Shown: piece after piece, positions 39,765-48,700 of the stretch | Layout: the number at the start of each line of letters is the position of its first letter | How positions within the stretch are numbered: position 1 is the stretch's first letter | Source of the DNA: Firmicutes bacterium ADurb.Bin080 | Lineage (GTDB): Bacteria; Bacillota; Clostridia; Christensenellales; DTU072 | DNA: 64,000 nt | Direction of reading: 5' to 3' | NCBI GenBank assembly: GCA_002070965.1 | Contig: MWEH01000193.1 | Span: forward strand, 245 to 64,244 | The notes under the pieces: model-generated | What the model saw: only the letters and a program-made list of their open reading frames with translations | Told to the model about the DNA's origin: nothing | Databases searched by the model: none | Program-made: the position numbers and the translations under genes

Positions 39765-39945
39765 TATGTACGCGTGTATATAAAGCTGAGATTGGAGTGA
39801 AATTTTTATGTATTTTATTGTGAAGAATTGGGATAAATAAAGTGCTGTCCAATCACTGGATACTTCTCAAACACCTCTCTTCAAAAAAAATATAAAAACT
39901 AAGAATTGTCTATAAATGCAGAAATTTCTTATGCAAAAGCACCGC

Positions 39946-40611
39946 TTAAATATCTTTTACTTCTTGTTTCTGGTCTGAAAGAAGTTTAATCGCCAATTTA
40001 ATATTGTTGGTAGTAATATTTTTTACACCCTCAGTTATAAGCATTTTCAACGTTGACTCATCATCAACTGTGTACACAGATAGATCTAACCCGATAGCAC
40101 GTGCTTTTTCAAGAAAAACGTTACTGATATATATTTTTGAAACATTTAATCCAGCAATATCACTGCAGTTCAGGCTATCTAAAAACTCCTTTAATTTGGC
40201 TAAATTTTCTGTTCTAGGGGGTCCAAACTTTGAAAAATAGAATGTATCGTTAACAAATAATCTCATACCTTTAAGATGCTGAATTTCCTTCTTAGAAACC
40301 AATCCGGTAATGTAAATCAATCCTTTTGCGCCTAATTTTTCAGCTAAATCTCCGACCAACTTGACAGTATTCTTTCTCTTCAGGTCACAATTTACTTGGA
40401 TGTTATTTGCGACACAATAATTTAAAACATAACTCAACTCTATCCTGTCTTTTTTTAAAAATGGAATTCTGGTATGCCCAAGAATAAGTGAGTTTCCTCT
40501 TCTCCTGATATCTACTTCAATGGCATCAAACCCTTTTATTTTGAGCATCTCGTTAAAATACCGATAAGTGTTCCTCCCGGTTCCCATCGCTCCGCCATGT
40601 GCAGTAAGCAT
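39946..40611 (-). CDS. Glycerophosphodiester phosphodiesterase (GDPD) family protein, divergent
   Basis: LTAHGGAMG..., AIEVDIRRRGNSLILGH pattern resembling GDPD (HRG..E.D..HD) with substitutions. GGAGG RBS. No signal peptide. Confidence 0.55.
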   Translation of the reverse strand: MLTAHGGAMGTGRNTYRYFNEMLKIKGFDAIEVDIRRRGNSLILGHTRIPFLKKDRIELSYVLNYCVANNIQVNCDLKRKNTVKLVGDLAEKLGAKGLIYITGLVSKKEIQHLKGMRLFVNDTFYFSKFGPPRTENLAKLKEFLDSLNCSDIAGLNVSKIYISNVFLEKARAIGLDLSVYTVDDESTLKMLITEGVKNITTNNIKLAIKLLSDQKQEVKDI

Positions 40612-40624
40612 ATCAACCTCCTAA

Positions 40625-41590
40625 CTAGTACCCTACAAAAAATGGGCTAGATATTAGTATATCAGAAAAAATATCATTGATTAAACCTGAAATTTTTATA
40701 GCCAGAAACCCTTCTCCTATTTCTATTGTCTTAGCAAATCCTCCATAGGAAATATTGGAAGTGATTTCTTGTCCAAGAGAATTCCCCACCAAACTAATTG
40801 TCTTCGGGATAACTTCATAACAACTATAACATTTTTTATCTTTCTCAATTTCGCAAACTAAAACATATTTACCTGGAGGGACAGATTCGCCAAGATAGTA
40901 ATTTTTCCCTTCTATCGATTTTAGGAAAAAGAAGGCTTTAACACCCGTAGAAACATAAGTGTTTCTCAGCTTCAATCCTTGAATCACACCTTCAGTATTT
41001 TCTTTTTCGGTAGCTACATAGGTTGCAGCAAAAATAGCATCTTCCTTGGTATCTCTGTGCCAATCCCTTCCATACACTGCCGCAAGCTTGTATCCTTTCT
41101 CCAATATATTGAAATAGCTTTTTACTGCGTTTTTATTAGATTCACTCGTTCCTGGAAATTCTCCCGACCATATTTCATATCCCGTCAAGGAGGAAAAGTC
41201 TTGGATTGCAAATTGATCGCTGCACCCAGTACAAACGGGAGTCCCAACACGAAAAGGATGTGCTAGAAAAGTGAGGTCTCCTGATTCTTTCGCAAGCCTT
41301 ATTCGGGACTCGATAGTAAATGGGTTTATTTGTCTGTAATCAGGGTCGAACTTTCCTCCGATTACCGTCATGTGCCCATAGAAAGTCGTCCATTCAATTC
41401 CCGGCAAAAAAATAAGGCCTTCTTTTTGGGCAGCAGTTCCAGTTTCGCTACATCCCGAACTAGTGTTATGGTCGGTAAGAGAAAAACCAGACAAACCTAC
41501 TTTCTTTACCCTGCTTACCAAGTCATTTGGGGAAAAAGAGCCATCACTGTGCAAAGTATGCGTATGCAATTCTATGGGTAAATATTTCAT
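40625..41590 (-). CDS. PHP-domain metallo-phosphoesterase (CehA/McbA-like)
   Basis: IELHTHTLHSDGSFSP, SLTDHNT and a later AHP motif, typical of PHP. C-terminal beta-rich extension. No signal peptide. Confidence 0.7.
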   Translation of the reverse strand: MKYLPIELHTHTLHSDGSFSPNDLVSRVKKVGLSGFSLTDHNTSSGCSETGTAAQKEGLIFLPGIEWTTFYGHMTVIGGKFDPDYRQINPFTIESRIRLAKESGDLTFLAHPFRVGTPVCTGCSDQFAIQDFSSLTGYEIWSGEFPGTSESNKNAVKSYFNILEKGYKLAAVYGRDWHRDTKEDAIFAATYVATEKENTEGVIQGLKLRNTYVSTGVKAFFFLKSIEGKNYYLGESVPPGKYVLVCEIEKDKKCYSCYEVIPKTISLVGNSLGQEITSNISYGGFAKTIEIGEGFLAIKISGLINDIFSDILISSPFFVGY

Positions 41591-41661
41591 TTCTTCCTAA
41601 TTAGTATAGTTCTTTATAATCATTTTTGGATTCAGCAAACCCTTTTCTATTAATTATTATT

Positions 41662-42102
41662 TTATTCAATCGATTCAACCAGCAATTTGTATTTCAATCT
41701 GGGACTCGCAATACAGTGACTGCTGATACAAACCCTGTATAACCCTGGTAAAATGGGCACAGGATTAAACCCATATTCAGCCTTCTGCTCAGAAATATAT
41801 ATTTTCTGTTCCAACTTATGTCTATGAGCATTTCCTATCATACCTTTTGGTCCATCGAGAGAAAGGGTAAGCAAATTATTAACAGGTAGAGACTTTTTTG
41901 CATCCTCTAGATCTATATCTCTGCCAACTTTTAAATATGCTCCAACAATCCTTTCAACACAATCATCTCCTCCGTAATTTCCAGGTTCATACGAAAAAAT
42001 AATAGACAATGCTGTTACTTTGTCTCTGACCAAAAAAGGATGGTATGTGTGTTTGCTCTCATCTTTGAAAGTAAGTTCCCTTTCTTCTCTAAGTAAAATC
42101 AT
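41662..42102 (-). CDS. Hypothetical protein (146 aa)
   Basis: ORF in an operon-like array upstream of the PHP gene. No motif recognised. Beta-rich composition. Confidence 0.5.
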   Translation of the reverse strand: MILLREERELTFKDESKHTYHPFLVRDKVTALSIIFSYEPGNYGGDDCVERIVGAYLKVGRDIDLEDAKKSLPVNNLLTLSLDGPKGMIGNAHRHKLEQKIYISEQKAEYGFNPVPILPGLYRVCISSHCIASPRLKYKLLVESIE

Positions 42103-42177
42103 TTTTTCACACCATTATGCAAACATATGTATCTTGTACTTAAGCAACGTAGTTTGCCAAGCAAAAAAATTTGTTAA

Positions 42178-43788
42178 TTAGTATCTTCTTCTCTTTCTGT
42201 AAGCCATCGCTTTATTATACTCAAAATGTGCATTTCTTTTTAAAAAGGTGATAAAATCAAATGCTCCTTTAAACTTGTCCGTATCAACCATGTTAAGGGG
42301 ACAATAGACCTTGCCTAAACTCTTTAGTGTGGGCAAAAACTTATTAAGTCTAGCAAGAAACTCTTTGTAGTCCAACATATCTTTTGGAGTCCATGAAACC
42401 TCAGATAATGCTTCCATTCTTGGGTAAAGCTGAAAATCCAATCTCTGCTGTGTGGGAACCCATTCTGTCCATAAAGTTGCCTCAATCCCTAATATTGCTT
42501 TATTATGGTCCTTGATTCCATATTTCTCTTCATCAAAATTATATGTATCTTTTAGATTTACTTTCGAGTAAGGCATATCAAAGTAAAAAGATTGATGTTT
42601 GCTAATTATTACATTCTTACCATCATCCAACCAGGAATTAATCTTGGGATCACTTTTTGCAGTCCAGTATTGTGCAATTATCGAATTTTCAAGGTTATCG
42701 CTTTTTAAAACTTCGTTCCATGCGATCAATCTCTTGCCTTTTCGTTTCAAATACACTGCAATTTTGTTGTTGAAATATCCTTGTAACTCCTCCTCGTCTT
42801 TGAGTTTATTGTCTTCAATCATCTTCTGACAATTAGGGCATTTTTTCCACTCAGTCTTTGGAGCCTCATCCCCTCCGATATGAAAATATGGAGAAGGGAA
42901 TAATTTGGATAATTCGTCTATAACGTCATAAATGAACTTATATGTAAAATCCTTCCCAGCACATGCGATTATGTCTATTTCCCCGGGATTATTTCCTCTA
43001 TGCAGGACAAAAGGTTCAATAGATTTGTTGAAACATCCTAATTCTGGATAAGATGCTATTGCAGCGGCTAGATGTGCGGGCATATCAATCTCAGGGACAA
43101 TCATAATATTTCTTCTTGCAGCATAACTAACGATTTCTTTTATCTCATTTTGAGTATAAAAACCCTCATGTGGATTCCAATCGATTATATTGCTCCCCCA
43201 AGCCTTGCTTTGAGTCCCGGCTCTATAAGAACCAACTTGTGTTAGTTTTGGGTAACCCTTAATTTCAATCCTCCATCCATTGTTGTCCGTTAGATGCCAA
43301 TGTAAAACATTTAGTTTGTGCATTACCATCATATCGAGTAAATTTTTTACAGCTTCCGGACCATAGAAATGTCTACTTTCATCTAGCATTAATCCTCTCC
43401 AACTATATCTTGGATAGTCTTCAATCTTGACAGCATGCATCGTAAGAACTGAAGGTTTATCAATTAGGTCAGAAAGTACCAATTGTCTTATTGTCTGCAC
43501 AGCATAAAGAGCTCCTGCTTTGGTGGATGCAAATATGTTCATCCTATCAATATCACAGTCAATTTCATACCCCTCATCTTTAATCTTTCTATTAACATAG
43601 AAGCATATATTGGCGGTTGTGCTAATCACTACATTTAACCTATAACCACAAGTTTGTTCAATAATATCAATCAACCGATCTCTAGCGTAAGCAAGAGAGT
43701 CATCTGCATAAATTGACGTAGAGGAGTTTATTATAAACTCACCATATTGTTCTTCGCATTTAACTGGTTTTGGAATAACATTAATCAT
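42178..43788 (-). CDS. Beta-N-acetylhexosaminidase, GH20
   Basis: RGLMLDESRHF, LNVLHWHLTDNNGWRIEI, HIGGDE (catalytic D-E) and a Trp-rich C-terminal barrel segment. No signal peptide. Confidence 0.9.
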   Translation of the reverse strand: MINVIPKPVKCEEQYGEFIINSSTSIYADDSLAYARDRLIDIIEQTCGYRLNVVISTTANICFYVNRKIKDEGYEIDCDIDRMNIFASTKAGALYAVQTIRQLVLSDLIDKPSVLTMHAVKIEDYPRYSWRGLMLDESRHFYGPEAVKNLLDMMVMHKLNVLHWHLTDNNGWRIEIKGYPKLTQVGSYRAGTQSKAWGSNIIDWNPHEGFYTQNEIKEIVSYAARRNIMIVPEIDMPAHLAAAIASYPELGCFNKSIEPFVLHRGNNPGEIDIIACAGKDFTYKFIYDVIDELSKLFPSPYFHIGGDEAPKTEWKKCPNCQKMIEDNKLKDEEELQGYFNNKIAVYLKRKGKRLIAWNEVLKSDNLENSIIAQYWTAKSDPKINSWLDDGKNVIISKHQSFYFDMPYSKVNLKDTYNFDEEKYGIKDHNKAILGIEATLWTEWVPTQQRLDFQLYPRMEALSEVSWTPKDMLDYKEFLARLNKFLPTLKSLGKVYCPLNMVDTDKFKGAFDFITFLKRNAHFEYNKAMAYRKRRRY

Positions 43789-43918
43789 TTCTTTTTCCTT
43801 CCCATAACAACACCCCTATTGAGGCAATTCTATTTAATCCTGTCGGCATGCAAATATAGTTTTTCATTATCCGTTATATTTTTTATACTTGTTTATTTCC
43901 TTACATCAATTAACAAAT

Positions 43919-45295
43919 CTATTTTCGGTCCTTAATCTTTTTGTATTTTTGAGTTGGACAAACAGCATCGTAAGCAGGCCTAATAATTTTCCCGGTATTA
44001 GATAGTTCTTCAATTCGATGAGCGGTCCATCCTGAAATTCTAGAAACTGCAAAAAGTGGGGTATAGAGTTCTATAGGGATATCCAGCATTTTATATATAA
44101 AACCAGAATAGAAATCAACATTAGCGCAAACACCTTTATAAATTCTTCTTTTCTCCGGAATTATTTCAAGAGAAATCCTTTCCACTCTTTTATAGAGATC
44201 GTACTCCTCTTGCAATCCTTTTTCCTCCGCAAGTTGTTTTGCAAAGCTTTTTAGAATTCTTGCCCTTGGATCACTTTTTGTATATATCGCATGTCCCATC
44301 CCGTAAATAAGTCCCGTATTGTCGAATGCTTTTTTGTCAATAATCCTAGATAAATAGTCCCTCAATGCTTCATCGCTTTTAGTATTAATGTTTTCTTTTA
44401 TATCATTCATCATTTGTACCACTCTGACATTAGCTCCCCCATGTCTTGGTCCCTTCAAGGACCCAAGGGAAGCAGAAATAGCCGAGTAAGTATCTGTGCC
44501 GGTGCTAGTAACAACATGATTAGTAAAAGTACTATTATTACCGCCCCCATGCTCGGCATGTAAAACTAAACATAAGTCTAGCAACTTTGCTTCAAGGGAG
44601 GTATAGTTTTGATTAGGTCTCAATAGATGAAGAATGTTTTCAGCCGTAGAAAGAGAGGGATCCGGTTGATGTATTATCAAAGTTCCGTCGTCAAAATAGT
44701 GTTTATAAACCTGGTATCCATAAACTGAAAGTAGCGGGAATCTCGAAATAAGTTTTAGGGACTGTTTTAATACGTTTTCTACTGAAATATTGTCAGGATT
44801 ATCATCATATGCGTATAATGTCAAAACACTTCTAGCAAGAACATTCATCATATCTAATGAAGGACGTTTCATAATTACATCTCTGACAAAACTCAATGGT
44901 AAACTTCTATATCCCCCCAAAACAGAGTTAAACTCTTCCAGTTGCTTGTCAGTAGGCAATTTACCGAAAATCAGTAGATAGGTGGTTTCTTCAAAACCAA
45001 ACCGTTTTTCGGAGACAAAACCTTTCACAATCTCATCGATAGAGTACCCACGGTAAAATAATTCTCCATCTATTGGAACCATTTCGCCGTTGACTTCTTT
45101 TTTCGAATTTATCGCAGATATATTTGTTAAACCAACAACCACTCCCTTTCCGTTAATATCCCTCAACCCTCTCTTAGTATCATGCTGCTCATAAAGTTCA
45201 GGGGCAATCAAAGATTGTTTATATGCGTTTGCGGCGTAGGTTTTCAACCTTGGTTTTATGTCTGATTCGGTTGTAGAAAAATTGTCTTTATCCAT
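43919..45295 (-). CDS. Citrate synthase
   Basis: 458 aa. LVLHAEHGGGNNSTF, GPRHGGAN and GMGHAIY motifs of citrate (Si)-synthase. GGAGGA RBS. Confidence 0.9.
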   Translation of the reverse strand: MDKDNFSTTESDIKPRLKTYAANAYKQSLIAPELYEQHDTKRGLRDINGKGVVVGLTNISAINSKKEVNGEMVPIDGELFYRGYSIDEIVKGFVSEKRFGFEETTYLLIFGKLPTDKQLEEFNSVLGGYRSLPLSFVRDVIMKRPSLDMMNVLARSVLTLYAYDDNPDNISVENVLKQSLKLISRFPLLSVYGYQVYKHYFDDGTLIIHQPDPSLSTAENILHLLRPNQNYTSLEAKLLDLCLVLHAEHGGGNNSTFTNHVVTSTGTDTYSAISASLGSLKGPRHGGANVRVVQMMNDIKENINTKSDEALRDYLSRIIDKKAFDNTGLIYGMGHAIYTKSDPRARILKSFAKQLAEEKGLQEEYDLYKRVERISLEIIPEKRRIYKGVCANVDFYSGFIYKMLDIPIELYTPLFAVSRISGWTAHRIEELSNTGKIIRPAYDAVCPTQKYKKIKDRK

Positions 45296-45334
45296 AGTAG
45301 TATCCTCCTTCAGGCACTTAATTATTTATATAAT

Positions 45335-45362
45335 CTTATACAATTATATACTAAAAAGTCAA
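45335..45362 (-). promoter_or_regulatory. Putative promoter of citrate synthase
   Basis: Minus strand TTGACT (45357-45362), 16 nt, TATAAG (45335-45340). Confidence 0.4.
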
Positions 45363-45722
45363 TTACATACAGTAATTAGGGAATTAGAGCAAATCAGTAT
45401 TTAAAAGATCAACCATATTCATCTATAACAAAAAACCTATGAAAGGACAGCTTAGCTTGAAAGTATCCTAGATTAAGAATTCATATTCACGAAAAATCTT
45501 CTCAGGAAAGTTCAATCAACATACTGCAAAAAACGAGATAAATTCTTGTTTTTAAGCCCAATTATATAGAGGATGTTAAAACCATTCTATTTCGAAAATT
45601 ACTTAGTAAATATACCCGAAAAAGCTAATGGGGAAATGTGAATTATTGCCTTGATAATATAAAGTTAACACACGATTTTAGTAACCCTATGTTGATAAAT
45701 TGGTTACCTTTATTACTTTTTT

Positions 45723-48700
45723 TTACTCATCCTTGAAGCGAATAATTCTCCTCTTGTTTCTGAATTTTATTGCCGCAGATATCGCAATAAAGATTCCAAC
45801 CAAAGCAACGGCGCTGCCAACTCCAATATACAAATAAAGCATGTTAAATGTCTCTGTCTCGGGCTCAAGAAACATTACTGAGACTAGATTCTGAACCTCG
45901 AATGTTACCTCATTCCCATTTAGTTCAGGGGCATCCAGTAACACCATATCTCCTGATGAGGATACTCCGAAAAACTTAAATTCAGAATACCTATTAACTT
46001 GATCTTCTGAAAGAGTCAATGTCATTGTACTTACTCCTGATTCAGAAACTGGCTCTCCATCAGAGTCTATAAACTTGATTAAAAACATAGAATTAATCTT
46101 CGTATTAATGATTTCTGAGTATTTCAATTTTGCAGCTTCAAACTTTCCTGCATTGTTTTTATAATCTAGTCCAGAAGTAACTGGAGCACAAATACATTCA
46201 ATCCCTTCCTCAAAAACTCCTGTTACCCTAATATCCGTATTACTTGAAACCGGCTGTAGCTGTATTGCCAAAACAGTAACATCTAGAGGCATATACGTAA
46301 AATAATAGTTGTCGGCACGAGCTCCTGAAGGATATACCCCCTCTTGAACTCCTACTGAATTATCAAACTCAATTTCGGGAAGTCTTTCTAAATTCGAAGG
46401 ATCTTCACCTTCTACAAACCCTTCGTATCCAAACATGTATTGTACTGTTCCGTTAAGTGGGAGTTTTATATTTGGGTGGCTAATAATCAATTCCTTCTTT
46501 TCAATGGTAATTGTTGTATTATTAGTGTTTGAAATAAAATAATTTCCATTAGCAATTGTCACAGTCGCTCTATACTCCCCAGCGTTAACCACATCCCCGT
46601 TATAAGAAATAGAATCAAATAACCCGTCATTTCCTAGAACTCCTGTGAATTCATAGGTCATTTCTTTGTGGTTGTTTCCATCATACTCAAAAGTATTTTC
46701 CCCAGTAAACCTAAGATTAAGAGAAACCCTAATGGGTAAAACTGAAATATTAAACGAGCTTACTTTATAGTTTCTATCTGAAGGATTAAATATAGCTTCT
46801 GCTATAAATGTTGCAGAATTCACAAAAGACGGTTTGATTTTATCGTTTTTCCAAGAGAAAGTCCCTGGAATAATTATTTCCTCCCATCTTCCCTGAGAAA
46901 CGAAGTATTGACGTCCTCTTGCCTCTGCTAGCGCGGGCATTTCAGAAGACTGAGCTGTTCCATATAAACTTTGAGACAAAGTATTTCCATATCTCGTTCT
47001 AACTTGAATAATATTTAAAAATTCAGGTGAAACAGGGAGTATTCTTAGAGTTGCATTAACTACAGTGATTACTTCTGAGTAATTAGAGGAATTGTGTCTA
47101 AAGGCTAATTCTCCTAAAGCTGCATAATATGAATAATCTGCGTAAGGCGAGGATATACCCTGTTTATAGGCATTTTCCCCAAGGGCTCTCAGAACGGTCC
47201 CTTCTAACTCAATTGATTCAATTGTGTCCTGGAATTTCAACCCTTCAACGGAGTACGTAGGAATCGGGTCCGGAGCTCCAAAGAGCTTAGTCTTTGGATC
47301 TATCCTAATAGTAATTCCAGCTGGTGTAATTGAATAAACTCCAGGAGTAAAAGCAATCTCATAGTTGGGATTAACCTCGATCAAATTTCCTATATTGATT
47401 GCATATTCTCCACAATCTAGTCCAGGATCTCTGACTAAATCGCCCAATATTTCACCCTCTCCGATTTCTTCAACAAGCGTAAAAGTGAGAGCAGCCTCTT
47501 CCTCGCCATAAACGTGAGTCTTATCGTCAGCAATAATTGAAACATTCATTTTTAAAACATTAAACGAAATTTCCACCAATTCATCAATAGTAAACTCATA
47601 CCCATCAGAAGAAGCATCCTGACTCATTACTAATTCATATTCATCCGCATTATACATAGTCTCACTATCATAATCAGCTGAAAAATCATTTGAGATAATA
47701 CTTACCGTCGGTGGAATAAAACCAGTAGGCACAGGGGTAAGATTTCCGTTAAATCTAAAAATTAAATCATAGGTATTCCCGTATATAATCTCGGCCGAAT
47801 CTAAAGAAAGGTCCATCGATACCTTATTAATTGTTAGATAGAAGATACTTGAGAGTGCTTCATTATAATTTCTGCTCTCTGCTTTTGTTGCCGTTAAATA
47901 TACGAGCCCTGCCTTTGATGGGGTGAGAATATCCTCAAGTATAGTACAAGTCCCAGTTGGGTCCTCCCCATTCGGACCTAATCCAGATGAAAAGGTAACT
48001 TCTCCAGTCCCACTACCTCCCGAAATATTAAGTTCAACTGTATCCGTAAAATCAATTTCAGAAATATCGTCTGGGAGTGTTATTGTAATCAGACTTTGCT
48101 CAGCCCGTAAAATAACAAAGTTAATACTCGGATTAGCTAGGTAATAATTTTTTTCCGTTTCTGGATCAAGACCATATATTAATCCTTCTTGAACATATGA
48201 AGTATATTCCCCTCCTTCAAAAGGATTACCAGCCATAGCGCTTCCATTCTCCCAATGCTCCAAAGTCAACGCATGCTTATTACCTTCTATATCAGAAAAT
48301 TCCGCGCTATACGACATTATTCTGCTTGGATTATAAACTAAGCTACCTGTACTCTCCGGAACATATTTTGATTCATCGAATCCAATATAAGTTACCTGAC
48401 AAGCTCTTGGTAAAATATAATAACTCAATTGTTCAAGGGTTCCTTCCGGATTCTCCGGATCAGAAAAATATATCTCAAAAATGTTTCCATCAGATACATC
48501 TCCAAAAGTTACACTAAGTAAATACTCCCCTGAATTTGGACTTACAATACCCGCTTCCGGGGAATAAGAAAAGGACGGGGCCTTCTTAAGTTCCATCTCT
48601 TTAGGGAAAGTACTTGACCTATAATCAATGTAATAGACTAAAGGAGGAGAAGGAGAAAGACCATCATATTGTTTAGATAGAGATGATTCAACTACTACCT

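Noticed and set aside
45531-45562. Weak A-run / ACGAGA-taaat-TCTTGT / T-run hairpin, about 170 nt downstream of the 1962-aa gene, as its terminator.
   Set aside because: The stem is only 6 bp with a G-U pair and sits far from the stop codon. It may function, but the evidence is too thin to annotate.
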